A program made the translations under genes and the position numbers. Of a DNA stretch of 64,000 bases, positions 26,515 to 41,227 are shown one piece after another; within the stretch, counting starts at the first letter, position 1; each line of letters starts with the position of its first letter. The stretch spans positions 35,838,001 through 35,902,000 of the forward strand of contig NC_058368.1 in assembly GCF_018350175.1 (NCBI RefSeq), written 5' to 3'. This DNA is from Felis catus. Its lineage: Eukaryota. The notes below the pieces were generated by a model, which was not told the DNA's origin, did no database searches, and was given only the letters and a program-made list of their open reading frames with translations.

Positions 26515-27240
26515 AATAGAAAAAGAGGTGAAACAAAACAAAAACAAAAACAAAAACTCTTGAACAGGCACTTCACATAGCAAGATATCCAGGAATCCAA
26601 TAAGCATATGAAAAGGTGCTCAAGTTACTCATGAGGAAAATGCAAATTAAAACTACGATGAGATACCCTACCAGAGTTGTTGAAATGAAACTCTCAGGCA
26701 TTGCTGATGGAAGTATAAACTGGTACAATCATTTTGGAAGATTGTTGTGCAATATCTCCTAAAGCTGAATACATGTATACCCAATGAAAGAGCAATTACA
26801 CTCCTATGTATACATCTGAGAGAGTCCAAACACTTGTATAAGAATGTTTGTAGCAGGACTACTTGTACTAGGCCAAATCGAGAAACAACATAAATATCTA
26901 ACAACAAAGGGGAAAATACCGTATATTCACAGTAGAGTACTAAATAATAAGAATGAAAAATTACAAATGCACACAACGTGGATACAAAGCGTATGAACCT
27001 GTTTAAAAAAAAGAACAAAGTTAAGACGAATCTATGCAGTCACAGGGTATGTGTGTGATGCGAGGTTATGGACAGGAGGAGCGGGAAAGGGCTCCTACCT
27101 TCCTAACAATATCATTTGTTGATCTGTGTGTTGGTTATATAGATTTGTTCGCTTTATGAGCGTTCATCAAGCCACATGCTTAGGAACTGTATACTTTCTT
27201 ACCTTTATGTTATTCTTCAATATAAAGTTTACATTTAAAA
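26515..27240 (+). mobile_element. Old L1 (L1ME-like) 3' fragment
   Basis: cttgaacaggcacttcac, aagcatatgaaaaggtgctca, aaatgcaaattaaaactacgatgagatac. Confidence 0.8.
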
Positions 27241-30105
27241 TGAAGGAAGAAGCAAAAGAGTATATGGAAAGTTTAAGCAAAACAAAACAAAACAAAACAA
27301 AACCTCCCAGCTCCGGACTATACCAAGTACTTAAGTAAAACAGAGAGGGTTTTGCTGAGGCATGAATCTGTACATTTACAGTCTTTTATTCCTGATTTTC
27401 ACAGTAGAGTTAGTGTTTGGCATTTGTAGAAAGAGGCTAGTTTACTAACAGGTAAAGAAGATCTTAGTGAAAAAATACAAAGAAATTCTAGACAGGGTTG
27501 GAGATCTGTTGAGAAAAGGAAGGTGAGACGAACCATATGCGTCTAAAATGAGAAAAAAGAAATGACACTTTTTAGAACAGATAGGCATGGGCAGGGGCAC
27601 AGAAACTACCACAAGGAGAGTATACCAGCAGGATACAAGAACTCATTACCAAACAGCAATTTAAAAAATTACTCTCAAAACCCTCCCTTTGGCTGACTTT
27701 ACAACAAATATGTAGGAGGCATGGGGTTAATTTCCAGGAAATATCACAAATTTCTGCAACATAGTATCTAGAGTTACTAACTTTCCTTACCTTGTATCAT
27801 GACGGAATGTATTTATTTCTCACCCTGGGCAGATCAGGTCTCTTTATGTTTCAATGACAGAGTGAAAGGGATCAGTGACGGAAGAGGTTAACAGAACAGA
27901 GGATAATGGGCTGCTTCCAGTTTCCAGCAAGTGATGTTGCTGTGGCAAACGATGTTTAAGCAAATGGCAAACTATGTTTAAGAAGTGATAAAAACCTGAG
28001 ACTTACTGGAGGTGAAGCTACCGCCACAGGTGGCCAGGGTAGCATAGACCCCAGGAACTTCGGGCAACACTTTCCCCTGCTCTGTGTGACTGTCCCGGGC
28101 ACCTCTGCATGCACTGGGCCCTTTGTTTACTGGTGTCTGCACATTCAAACACAGAGCATCATCAGCATTATCTAAGCAGTTGCCTGATGACATCACAATG
28201 AATTTTAAAAGATCCTTTTCTCTTTTTTTCTCCTCCTTTGGGCCATGGGGAATACCAAGGAAAAGATATGAAAATATACTTTTTTTTTTTTAACCCAGTG
28301 ATAAAATACACTTTGAATTAAATAAAACCTAGTGCATGGTTTATCAAACATCAGCTTAAGAACTCCTCAGGCTAACTGTATTAATAAGAAGTAATAAAAG
28401 GACTGGTGATAAAAGTTTCTTAGTTGTGTCTTATATTTGTAGCATTGAAGTTCTACAAACTGAGTTATTGGCTTGTCAGGACTAATCTACAAGATGTTAT
28501 TAACATTTTTAATGCTAAATCTAAACAGTATTTATTGGTCCATCTTCAAATATAGATATGTTGGTAAATGAGGATTTTGTTTTTATTTGCATAGCATATT
28601 AGCACTTTCCTGATGCATTAGTGTTTTAATGGGAAAAGTATACACATGTAACAGGGCTAATCATCATATTTCAAATAAAAAAAAAAAAGCCAGAATCTTT
28701 TAACCTTGAGGCTGTTATAAAGGACTAGGTGAAGGTAAATAAAATTGATATATGAGGTAAATGGTGATGCATTTTTTTTTTACTCAATTTCAATATTCCC
28801 TTATTTCATTATTGCTCTAGAAATCGGGATTAGACAGCTCTTCTGACTAATTAACCAAAGGAGGTTTGACTAATAGAAGGAGATTGCAAGCATGATTAGT
28901 TAAATGATGATGTACATAGCACTTAATGATCATTATCATTTATTCTAATATCAGTGGTAATAAATAGTGAAACTGTTTAAGCCAAATGCTGTCACATCAC
29001 AATAATGTAGATCATGGCTAACGCTAATAATTTCTAATTTACTTGGGAATCAATGGGACATGCAGCTTTCTTAATGCATGTCAATTCTTTCTTCAATAAA
29101 TTTATAGGCCCTTTTAAAGTAAAAAAATATATATATATTTAATATTTATCTCTTTACCTAGACTACATAACAGGCAGTCATTCCACCATTTGCCTCCAAA
29201 TCACCAACAGTTCTAGTTATATTAGCTAGCTCCTTGGTCTTCCTAAGGTTCGGGTAATGTATCAAGACACTTATTTACAAAGATCCAATGACTATAACCA
29301 CACTACTGTTTCAAGATGCTGGTTTCATCCTAGTCTCTTGCTTTCTACGGATTCAGTGGGAACAGATTAGTCATCAAGTTCTTAATGCAGCACTGGAAGG
29401 CTACTTTTGCTCTAAGAAACAAACTAGAGTGGCACTTGATTTTCTCTATTACTCATTTCCATCACTATTTTTGCTCACATTAAGAATTACAAGGAAAAGA
29501 AGATTCAGATTGGTGCTGCAAAATCGCTGGCCTATGTTATCTACAGAACACACACGAAAAGGTGGGGAGAATGTCTGTTTTCTATGGAGAGGCACATTCA
29601 TTATCTTGAGCTAGAGACACTACACTATTGACTCTTAATCATGCCCTATCACTCTTTAGGAATGCACTTTAAAGAGGCTTTTCATTTCTGGACAGCATAA
29701 AAATGAAAAGCTGAGCACTAGGACAGACAGAAGTCCCCTTTAGGTTCTTAGCACTGGAAGAGGAAAAAGGAAAAGGAAAAATGAAAAATACAAGTGCAAT
29801 CAGCTTTTTTTTCTTTCTTTTTTTTTTTTTTTTTTTAGAAGAAAAGGATATTAGATAACTAATGAATAAAAGAAGAGATTTGGCTTCTGTCTATATTTTA
29901 ATGGGGACAAACTAAGTTACTCTTGGAGATGTCGTCCTATCTCGATTGCCTGCCTGTTGCCCATTATGACCTTTAATATTCCTAATTTTAATTTTCTTTA
30001 AGGTTCATGGTTACTTTACAAAGAAATGCAAAATGCTTCCAGTGAAATAGCAGTTCCTTGTCTCTGACTCTGCCTTATACATATTCCCCCTGCTATTTCT
30101 CTCTC

Positions 30106-30322
30106 TTTAAAAAAAAAAAAACAAAAAACGTTTATTTATTTTGAGAGAGAGCAAGCAAGGAAACATGAGCGGGGGAGGGGCAAAGAGAGAGGGAGGGAGT
30201 GAATCCCAAGTAGGCTCTGTGCTGTCAGAAACTGCTGAGCTCAATCTCACAAACTTAAAATCATGATCTGGGCTGATATCAAGAGTCAGATGCTTAACCA
30301 ACTGAGCCACCCAGGTGTTCCC
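30106..30322 (-). mobile_element. CanSINE
   Basis: Reverse-complement element, flanks share cccctgctat(t/c)tct. Confidence 0.9.
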
Positions 30323-30399
30323 TCCCCTGCTATCTCTTGATTAGCCAATTTTTGACTATAGTTACTGGTTTCCTATTACGACAGACCAAAGCTTAACTT

Positions 30400-30658
30400 C
30401 CTCACAGGTTGTCTCAAAAGGGCTGCTCTCAACATGGCTTCCCCCAGAACTGAGAGAGGGAAGCAAAACAGAGCACCTAAGATGGAAGCCATGGGTCTTT
30501 CATAACCAAATCTCAGATGTGACATACCATCAGTTCTCCTGTATTCGGTAGGTTACTGACCCTGGAAAATTTGTATGAGAGTGTTGTGCGTTACATAAGG
30601 ATATGAACACCAGGAGGCAATAATCATTTGGGTCATCTAGGGAGTCTGGCTACCATAG
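30400..30658 (-). mobile_element. MLT1-type MaLR LTR fragment
   Basis: aacatggcttcccccaga, agatgtgacataccatca, tgaacaccaggaggc ... ggctaccata. Confidence 0.65.
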
Positions 30659-31273
30659 CGTTTATATTGTTAGACTGTAAAATTGCACACAAGGCTATGT
30701 CAAATTCAAGTAGTGTACTATGATTATATATCCTTCCCCCTGCCCCACCCGTTAAAATTGCCTGTACTTTTTTTCTTAGCACCTACCACTTGTCCCATAC
30801 TTGTCTCCAGAGCTTTTTAACACAATTATATCCAATTGTATAAATATATACAATTATACAAATACAATTATATACACTAATACGGTTGCACACATAGCCA
30901 AACAGATCAGATTATCTGTAAGTCCTACAATTTACTCCTGAGCTTCACCAGAACTGTTTATGCTTTTCCAAATATGTACTACTTTCTTTCTGCTAGCATG
31001 TTTTTCATATTGAAAGATACTTTTAGGCTTTTTTTACATACATCTTTTATATTTCAATGAAGAAAAAAAGAGGATGATATATATATATATTATTATGGTG
31101 TTATATTAAATATGGTGTTATTCCCTACATTTTCTCTGTTTACTAAGAGTCCTTTGGATTTGTTTTTTCCTTCTTTTTTCATGTTGAATGATTTCCTCAA
31201 ATGTCAGCTGATGAATCCTTGGCTCAAATTAGTGTTTAAGGACAAAAATTTTGAGTGCGTTTATTAACTAGTG

Positions 31274-31638
31274 AGGAGTCTTTGCAGATGTAATCAAGTT
31301 AAGATGAGCTCAAACTTGATTAGTGTGGCTCTCACCAAATGACGAATGTCATCATAAGAAGGCCACGTGAAGAAGGCAACAGGGAGAAGGCCATGCGAAG
31401 ATGGAGATAGAGATTCAAGTGACTCAGCTGTAAGTCAAGTAACACCAAGGCATGTCAGCCACCACCAGAAGCATGGAAGGAGAAAGAAGACAGATTCTCC
31501 CTCAGAACCTCTACAAAGAACCAACCTTTGCCAGCACCTCAGACTGTGAGTCTCCAGAATTGTGACAGAATAATTTCCTGTTGCTTTAAGGTCCCGACTT
31601 TATGGTAGTTTGTCATGGCGGTCTTAGAAATGAGTACA
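31274..31638 (+). mobile_element. MLT1B/C-type MaLR LTR
   Basis: gtctttgcagatgtaatcaagttaagatgag, cagattctccctcagaacct, ccagaattgtgacagaataatttcctgttgctttaag, ends ...gtaca. Confidence 0.85.
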
Positions 31639-33464
31639 CCTGGATTCCAGTTTTTTCTTCCTGCACCTTTTTCTTCTCTATTCTGTCTTCCTATGTTGTT
31701 TCCAGTTAAAGATGCCTTTATTTCAGAGGAGTTGAGATTGCCTTTTACTACTCCTTCCCTCAGTGTCTTTGCAGTGAATCCCAAGGAGAAAAGGAGGTTA
31801 AAACATCTTTTCTATTTTAAAATTAAAGGTTCCTAGCCCTTTCATTTTTCTTCTTTTTCTCCTTCTAAACTAGTTCATAGCAATTAATGCACTTTAAGTG
31901 CAATATAGGAACTATTCACAGAAAGAAAGTTAATTTCAATCTAATTAGTATACCCATTCTGCTTACTGCTGTCATTTGGCTTAAGAATTTATAATAACTT
32001 TCTAGTGACAAATGCACCACAGAAGGTAGGTGGAGAAGGGGAAAGAATGAGGAGGAACAAACGTATTGAATTTATTAAATGTCCACTCGATTCTAAGCAC
32101 TGTGGTACTTTCACACACTTTTATTTAATCTTCCTGGTAGTCTATGAAACATGCCATTTCTGTTTTACCACTGAGGAAGAGGAAATTCAAAGGTTAAATA
32201 ATCTGCTATAGTCACCCTGTTAGCAAGTCAAACCAAGAAGTCGGTCTCTAAATCCCAAGCCTGACCCCATGCTGTCTTTCAAGGTCAGACCGGCTAGATC
32301 ATTCAAGGCTTCTATAAACAGAATTCAAAAATCTGACTGGTTTTATGCTTTCACAAATGGTCAGTGAATAAGAACCACTGCTCTTTTTGTAGGTAACTAC
32401 TATGTGCCTGGCAGGCACTTTGCAAAACATTCAGTTTTAACACTGACAACAGTCTTGAAAAGTGGTTTCTGGATCCGGCCACTCGAGACTGACCTTTAAT
32501 GAGGACAAATATCAAAATAAATCTATGGGACCTTAGCAATAATAAGGTTAGCACCAAGAGCTCTTTTCACAGGAAAGGATCTGAGACATGTAATACAGTT
32601 GACACATGCCAGGAAGGAGACCCGCCGCACGAGGGTCCCCACTATCCCCGTTAGATGACTTTTTCATACATGACGCAGCGCCCCAAAGATGCTGGAGCAC
32701 ACATCATGTTCCAACACAGTTTCCGCGGCTTTCCTAAATAATTTCCATCCCATTTGAAAGTAGGAAATATCCTCTACAAAATGGGATGACTCCTCTTGAA
32801 GGGTGCTCTGAAGCCCTCTCAGCCTGCCTTCTGCCACACTGAGCACCATGGTTACATTTGGAGATGAACTTTTAGAACCTTTAGGTTATAGGGAAACTGT
32901 CCTTTGTCCCATGGCCTGGGAAGCACCTTGGCCACCTTTCTTCCCCCTCAGACTTTATAGACTGGTATCATTGCACAAGTCATAGTCTCCCTTTTCAGAT
33001 GCAAATACTATCTCGTCTCCCCAAGCAGTTACCTTTCACAGTCCATGCAAGGACATTTGCCGTGGGTCCTTTAGCACCCTTGCCTCTCTTTCTACCCAGA
33101 GACTCGCTTTCTGTTGGAGACCCTATATCTTAGTTCTCAGAGAAAACAGATGTCATCAGGTAAGACCTCCAGATTCCTCCTTACTCAGTATTTGTATCCA
33201 CTTCTCTCTGTACATCCTTCCTTTCTACTGTCCAGGTTCTCCACAGCTGTTTTCTCCATGCCATCCCCCAGGAGCCTCACTCTAACTACTACCCCACTAA
33301 ATAGTCATCCCTCCCCTCCAGAGCTCCTTCCCTTCACAATACAAAGACCATAATAAAGTCAACAACACACAAAAGGCAAAGAAACATAACCTACTAACAC
33401 CAGGACTCATTCTAGTTCCAGCTGTTCCTAGCTATGTCTCTTCTTTTTCCTCTTTCATATCCAG

Positions 33465-33669
33465 TTTTTTATTTTTATTACTTTTAATGTTTATTTTTGA
33501 GAGAGTGAGCGCACAAGCAAGGGAGGGGCAGAGAGAGGGAGACACAGAACTGGAAGCAGGCTCCAAGCTGTCAGCGCAGAGCCCAACGCAGCGCTTGAAC
33601 TCAGGAACCAGGAGATCATGACCTGAGCCGAAGTTGGACACTTAACTGACTGAGCCATGCGGGCGCCCC
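33465..33669 (-). mobile_element. CanSINE
   Basis: Reverse-complement element with TSD atatccag. Confidence 0.93.
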
Positions 33670-36600
33670 TATATCCAGGCTTTTAGAAAGAACAGCCTCC
33701 ACTCCTCCAGCCAATGCCATCTGGCTTCAGTTTCTTCTATTCTTTAGAAACTGATCTTCCTGAGGTGGTTAACAGCACCTGTGTCCTCAGGCCAGGCCAT
33801 GTTCAGCGGCTCCCCCATCCTTTCCTTACCTGGCCTTTCTGAAGCCTGGGGCTTGGTTCAAGCCCTTCCCAAGCTCCTTCCCAAGCTCCTCTTTCCCTTG
33901 CCTGCTTCATCCAAGTTGTGAAGCTCAGATGAGCCCTGCAAACTATCCTTCCCAGGAAAACTGATGACTGTCCCAGGCACAAATGATACCTTTCTCCTCC
34001 CTGTATCCTGGGGGAAGCTTCCCAGTGGCACCATTTCACTCAGTCTTAACTGTTTATCCTAAACAATTTCTTTGTCATTAAAACTGTAGATCTGCCAACC
34101 ACTTGACATGTTTTTCACATTTGTGATTATGTCAATGCAACTTTAGTTCTCAAATGACAAAATTACAGTAAAAGTGGTTTCCTTTCAAGGATATACATGG
34201 AAAAATATAACGTGTAAATAGAGAAAAATTGTCGCAAGTCAGTAATCAAACAACAAAATCAATTATCTTTTAATTTTTTGGGGGGGAGGGGGTTGTGGGC
34301 AGAAATTTGATTAAATCAAGAGATCCTCTCACTGGAAAAGAAAATATGCCCAAACACAAAATCTGAAACAAAAGGACAGAGTTCAAGGAGCTTCTAAAAT
34401 CTGTCCACTGGCTCCTTCTACACTCAGATTCTGAACCTTCATCATGAGAAAAGGGAGAAATTTAGAGTGGGCCAGAAATTTTGAAAGATCATGTAATTAT
34501 AGTCCACCATGGAACACAAACAGAACAAAAGACATTAATCATAACAACTATTTCAGGGAAGTCAAGGACATTACTTTCCTTAAGCAGTAGACCTTTATCC
34601 CTTCTCACTCAATTTAGTTCCAGACTTCAGCACACATTTGTGAATGCTCATTAAATGAAAGGCATTTGCTATTTCTTGCATAAATGTCCTTTTAAAGCAA
34701 CTTGAAGTCCTCACGGCTTGAGAATTTTTTAACCTGTTCGTGCTTAAGAGTGTATACGATAATGACTAAGCCAGAAGGTTGTCCCTGCCTTGACTATAAA
34801 TTAGAAAGGCCATTCTCTTCTGCCCACGGGGCATGCTTATCTAGGAGGAGCCCTGCTGAGTCCATTCTTCCTTTTGCTTGAGTACATCTTAAATAGGAGA
34901 GACTGATATTTGAATAAAATGTGAAATCACCCAAATTGTTTTACACTCCTGGCCTAGAAAAATCTCCTTAAAAAATATTTAAGTCTTTTTTGACAGTTCC
35001 AGGTAGCATTTGATTCTGCTGGAAAGCTCCAGTGTAAGGGTGTCAAAAACAATTAGTATTTTATAATAGCTCCCTTTCTTTCTTAGGTAGTTAGTAGGGC
35101 ACAAGTTCATCGGAAAAAGAACAAAAAATATTCTCAAGACAATGAGCCAATGACATTTAGCCAAATCATATAATTTTACTTTATTATTCTCTAGGCTCTT
35201 TCTACTTTAAATTCAGATACAGTTTAAAGAAATAAAAGTGTTGGTTGTCAACATTCACTTTGATAGATAAGGTCTTCTAGACAAGGAGTGGTTTGGTGTT
35301 GTCTTCACTGTTTTCACACAAGCCTTAAGGCAGCTAGTGTTCATAGACACTACTGAAAACCTTACTAACTCCATAATTCTGCCTCAAGACAAATTCTTGC
35401 TGTTTGGGGAAAGGTAGGCCAAGAAATAAAGAGAACCCAGTACTGAGTAGATTAGGGAGGGGGAGTGGTTATGTGTGAAGTTTTGATACATCAACCACAA
35501 AGCCTGTCTTGTATGCGTCCCTTATTGTGTGGAGAAATATGCTAATTCAAAGATATCTAACTAGCTTCACTTTTAATTCTGACTTCAAATCTTAGAGTAG
35601 CAGAGCAGCTGTGCCTGGCGGCAATACAATCTTATTTCTATAAAAATCTTTCAAAGCTCCATATATAAGTGGAAGAGTAAAAATAGATAATCAAATCCAA
35701 ATTAAGGCTATTAAGAATTGATTTAGTGTAAAGATAATATAGCAAGATTTTGTTTAGGTTATGGATGTTCACTAAAAATGTGTAATACTTGTTTGCCTAA
35801 AATTTTGATTATGTTTTATCTTATTTTGTCACAGTTAAATAGTTTTATCATTAGGGGTTTTAATTGCATATAGTTTATAGAATTCTTTCTGATTACTCTA
35901 TATCCATTTAACTGAGGCAAAAAAATCCCACTGTACTAAAGAGAACCTTCTAATGAAGATGCAATCAAATTGCAGGCAGATGTACCACAAGGTGTGGCTT
36001 AATAGTTCACATTTGTGAATCCTTTGTTACGAATGTCTTCCAGAGTCTACACAGTGTGCAGAGGCCAAGTCCTGGAAGAGGGTAGGAAGCAATGCATCCT
36101 GAAAAATACTAGTCACACAGTGGTAGATCACGGAGTTGTAGCAACAAACAAGCAACAAAAGGAGAAAGAAAATGAGGAAATCAACTCTTTGCAAGTCTTC
36201 TTTCAACCTCTATAATGTTGGCTCCGCTATCGTGCAGTCTCCCAGACTTCTTCATCTTTCTTCTGTCTCTTGCTCACTTCGTTATCCACCTGTGTCCATT
36301 CCTGAGGTGTAGCACTTGACTTGCCATTCTCTAGATTCAAAGATTTTTCCTTTAGATAACTCAGTAACTGACACAGTGTTAGCAATTCTCTGTGAGGGTC
36401 TCTTAACCCACAGCTCTAGACCTGGCTTTTTCCCTCAAACCTTGGTAAGTTCTTTAATTCTCTCCCCATCCCCTTGTAGCCAATCCGTGTTGGCATCAAG
36501 ATGGCTGTGAAATACTTCTGATTCTTTTCTCTCTCCTACATTTCTCACTTCAGTTCCAGAAAAATTGCTCGGACCTGTCATTTTCCTGCCCCCAAACCTC

Positions 36601-37761
36601 AACAGCCCAAATTCTTGATCTGGCATCAGACTCTCCATATACTTCTTTCCTATCTGGTCCTATATTTTCAACCAGATGGTTTGATTCACGAGCACCCAAA
36701 TATGGTATAATCTTTATAAAAATGCACTAATAAATACTTTGAGTATCTTGACTGAAAAGGAAGTCTTACTATTTTCCACAGACCAAAGAAAATCTTCAGA
36801 TTTGGAATGCACTGCATTCAGTAAAGAAATGAGATAATGCCCTGTACTCATTAGCAGATGCTTTCCTTTGTTTTATTTACTGTTGTTAAACTCTGCTTGA
36901 TTAAGCAAGGGAAAGAAATCTAATTAATAAGCAACCCTCCACTTCTAAGGAGTGAATAATCCAATCAAGATTGAACTGCATCCTCCCTATTTGATGTAAC
37001 ACCTTTTGAAGCCTAGACCACTGATGATCAAATATCTCCTGATGACAGATAACATTTTAGGGAGGAGATGAGAGGGGGTTAACAGTGTTCACAGCTGGAG
37101 CTTTAGCAATTAGCATATTAAGTCCCACTTATTTGGGTGACATCCAACGACCTGATTCTGCTCAATATAGTACATTAATCGTTCCATTCAAACCTAAACA
37201 TAAACATGTCTGTTCATTCAACACACTCTTACTAAACACCCATGTGTTAGGCACCAATGCAGCTAAGTGCTGAGGTTATAGCAGTAAACAAGTCAGATAG
37301 CTTTGATTGCCTTGTCCCCACCCTGACGGGACTCACACATAGAGTGGAAGACACTGAATAAGAATATTTTACAGGAAATGACTACTGCAAAATGGGAAAG
37401 CCACGGTGTTATTAGAGCATACAGTTTTACAGAGTTCAGGCTGGGGTTCATGAAGAGCCTCCCGAGAAAGTCCACAAATGTTGCTCTTTCTTGGCTCACC
37501 CTTGCCCTCCGGCTTTGGCCTCATTTCTACTCATCTCTCAAAACTCTGTCTGGATTTCAGGTCCTTCTAGAAGTCAAGTCTGGATTGTCCTCATAAGGTC
37601 TGGATCGGTCTTCCACACTTGTAGATATTCCCAAAACATTATGTATTACTTCTATCCTGGCATTAACCAAATGTATAGCAATTGCTACTCATCTGTCCCA
37701 AATGCATGATGAACTCTTAGATATTGCAAGTGCCTAGAAAATGCATAAGTTTTGCTAAATT

Positions 37762-37982
37762 GGGGCACCTGGGTGGCTCAGTTGGTTAAGTGTCCGACTT
37801 CAGGTCATGATCTCACAGTTCATGAGTTTGAGCCCCATGTTGTTGGGCTCTGTGCTCACAGCTCAGAACCTGGAGCCTGCTTCGGATTCTGTGACTCCTT
37901 CTCTCTCTGCCCCTCACCAGCTCACACTCTGTCTCCCTCTCTCTCAAAAATAAATAAACATAAGAAAAATTTTTTAAAAAAC
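37762..37982 (+). mobile_element. CanSINE
   Basis: Perfect 15-bp TSD aagttttgctaaatt at 37747-37761 and 37983-37997. Confidence 0.95.
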
Positions 37983-40900
37983 AAGTTTTGCTAAATTAAT
38001 GAATGAATAAAGTTTTCGTGAGGAAAAATATTGGACATTTAGTTTCTGCTGAGGCTTTCACAGGCAACACAAAAGGTAAAAGAAGTTATAGTTTTAACCA
38101 AAGTATTTTTGGTAGCAATTTGGAGCACAGCACAAGGACTGGATCATTCATACTTGAGGTCATCTTCTGCCAAAATATACACTGGAACATTTTAGCTGCA
38201 AGGTCCCAGAGGATATTTTACCAGGATCTTCTAATTCTGAATTATAAGATGCCTGATGTCTGTATCTACATCTGTATGTGTATGCATAATCTAAAGCTCT
38301 ATACAACCTGAATTTATACTCTATACAATCTAAATGTTCCATGATCTTTCTAACAGAGTATAAGGTGGTTACAATTAATACAGATGTTTTGATACAGAGT
38401 TTATCAAAAGAAAAAGTGATCATAATTCCAGAAGATGAGTCCTATCTAGAGGTTAAATCTGGGAACAAAAGACAAGATACACTGGAGGTTAAGACATATC
38501 TGAGAGGGTGAATCTCAATAGGTCAACCTTATGTCAAGAAGAGAAAAAAAATGTACACACATGGCTCATCAGCTCAAGGGGGTGAAGGGGAACAGATCCT
38601 GATTCAAGCAATTGTACTCAGGAGGGCAACATGGAAGAGAGATTAAGAAGTTAGAATCAAAAGTCAGACAGGTTCAGGTTCAAAACTTGGCACAGGACCA
38701 TAAACAAACTTCTAGACCTATTTAATCTTTAGTTACTTTCAACAACGAAAGGGAGATAAAAATATCGACTATCCGATATGATTATTGCCAAGATTGAATA
38801 GGATGATACATATAAAAATTCTGCATAGTGCTTGGTATTTAGCAAGCCAAATAACTCAGCAGACATTAACTTATTATTATTAATACTTTTACAGATATTA
38901 TTTTACTAAGGATATAAGCCAAGTTTAAAATAATTGTATAAAATCTTAGAAATCTTTAAAAATAGGTTATGAGATAATATGAATTACTATATATGCATGT
39001 AGAAAATATCAGACATTAGTTTTAAGTACATATGAAAGCAGATTAAAAAGTAAAATAGGTTTGAGTTACATTTCATTCACTTAGTTCAGTTGTAGGGTTA
39101 GCATTTTCAAAACAAAAAGGGATGCTTAAATAGCAAGATTACAAAATACTCTGAAATATCATCTTTTTCTAAAAATAATCATGATCCTTGCTGCAATCAT
39201 GATACTTTCCTTAAAAAAATCTACACTTTTCAACATGCAGTCAAGTAAATCTAACTTCTTTATACACAGAGTTCTTAGAGTAACTGGTCATTTGAATTTT
39301 TCCCCATGTGGTTAGAAATATGAAGGGAAAACACAACAGAAATATTGATAGAAAATAAGTTTTAAAAAGACTTTAATCCACTGCATTTATATTAGAAGAG
39401 ACTTCGACCTCTGTGATACATCGATTTCCATTGGTTTGCTATATAATCTATTCGCTTAATTATCACAATAGTCTTAGAACTTCAGATAGCACATGTCAAC
39501 TTGAATAAAGATAGAAATGCAAGGTTCGTCTGCTTTTATGCAATGCACCGAAATACCACAATTTATAAGTAATTATAGATGAGCCTTTATAGACTGGACA
39601 CTTTACTGACATTATAGTAAGAAAAGGACTAGGTTCCCCAGGCAATGCATAAAATTATCTTGAATAATATTCCTCTACATAATACCTAAAGTACTTATTT
39701 TAAATTAAGCATAGCATAGGTATATGTAGGCCATTATAATCATGCCATGGTCATTGTGTTGGCTGTGGGTCTTTGATGATTCACAATACGGGCTGCATTG
39801 TTTATTTTATGCATTTTATTACTAACAAAAAGTAATCCAATGTAGCCGTATGTAATCAAAAAAGAAATGTGATGGGAATCAGAGTTGCATTTTGGTCATA
39901 TTTATGTCACTAACTAGCTCTGTACTCCTGGGAAGTTTTCAGCTTCTCTCAGTTTCCACTTATTCATCTACAAAACAGAATAGTCTCTAGGGTCCCAGGA
40001 TAGCTCTATTCTCCAGAATTTTTGCCATTATTTACCATGTCGCAATGACTCCAAATCATAAACCCAAATTTAGGAATTACTTAATTACCTACAGTGAATA
40101 TCTCCGACATACTACTACAATTCCTTTTTCTACTGTTAGTGTAGGGAAAGGGCAAACGGTAACAAACACATACTGTTGAAAAGACTCAGAAGACCTATTT
40201 AAAAATTTGGTGTAGATTTTACCTTTCCTCTCATTTACTAAACATCTACTGTATACATTTTACCTTGAGCAGTAAGCATCTATCCATCTATTAAGATTAA
40301 TTACCCACATTCTCGTCTTTTTCTTTTTTACTTCACAAATTTTTTTAGGCTACCCTAGAAATTTGACACAGATTTCTATACTCCGTCACACATTCACACA
40401 CAGAAATGAACTCATCTGCACCCAAAACAACCCTTCAGTGCAAATCTGTCAAGTATTTTTTCCATTTATAAATCTGGCATACTTTGGTGACAATCTCACT
40501 CTGTATAAATGACAATGGTAGTCGATAAACTTGTTTATGACTATGGAAGGTAAGCAGAACCCTGTAATATGGGACAGTGAGAGAAAGGGAACCGACATAA
40601 ATAAAACCGAGTCAACATGAACTGGCACCTTGAAGAGAAGAAGAGGGCTCCATACAGGTGGTGTGCAGAGGTTGGTCAGGGACTTTTGAAAGCAGTCAAT
40701 CTCAGCTAAGTATCAGAGACTAAGTTAACCCACCTTTTTGGTGATTCTGGTACATCCTTCCACAATAATAACACATGAGGCTCATCTGTGTTAATGATTT
40801 TGTCAAAATGCTAGTCACAGTATTTCAGACTTTACTGGCAAATATGGTAGAGTAAAATAGGTAACAGATTCAATAGTTCAAATTGTATCCTGATACAAAG

Positions 40901-41207
40901 TAAATCCTATGTAAAATATTACTTTGAGAGCATACTGCTTTTGAAAGGATACATTGGACAACACTGATCAAAAATGTGTGACATAATCTCAGATAATAAT
41001 TTTAAAAATTCATCTGAGATCTGAAAGAACTCTACATACTACCTCAAGGCAATGATGTAAGCATGAAACGTGAATATACAATCTCATAGCAAATAAGTAC
41101 AGCTACACGTTTCTCCTATTATAGCTGTATCTAAATGTGAGAACTTCCCAGCAGCCTATTAAAATAATAGATCAATAGGATAAAAGTAGATAAGAAGAAT
41201 GTGCAAT

Positions 41208-41227
41208 TTATGAATGCGGTTTATTAC
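41208..41227 (-). CDS. DIAPH3: Putative alternative C-terminus GNKPHS* by read-through of the donor site
   Basis: Unspliced continuation reads GGT AAT AAA CCG CAT TCA TAA, with AATAAA at 41220-41225 on the minus strand. Confidence 0.55.

Larger units (their letters stand above)
1..41227 (-). other. DIAPH3: DIAPH3 intron downstream of the 60-bp exon (continues past the window start)
   Basis: GT donor at 41227-41226. No terminal DIAPH3 coding exon recognised in 1-41227. Confidence 0.75.

Noticed and set aside
32600..32860. Slightly CpG-enriched patch as a CpG island or promoter
   Set aside because: Too short and too few CpGs, with no supporting promoter features.
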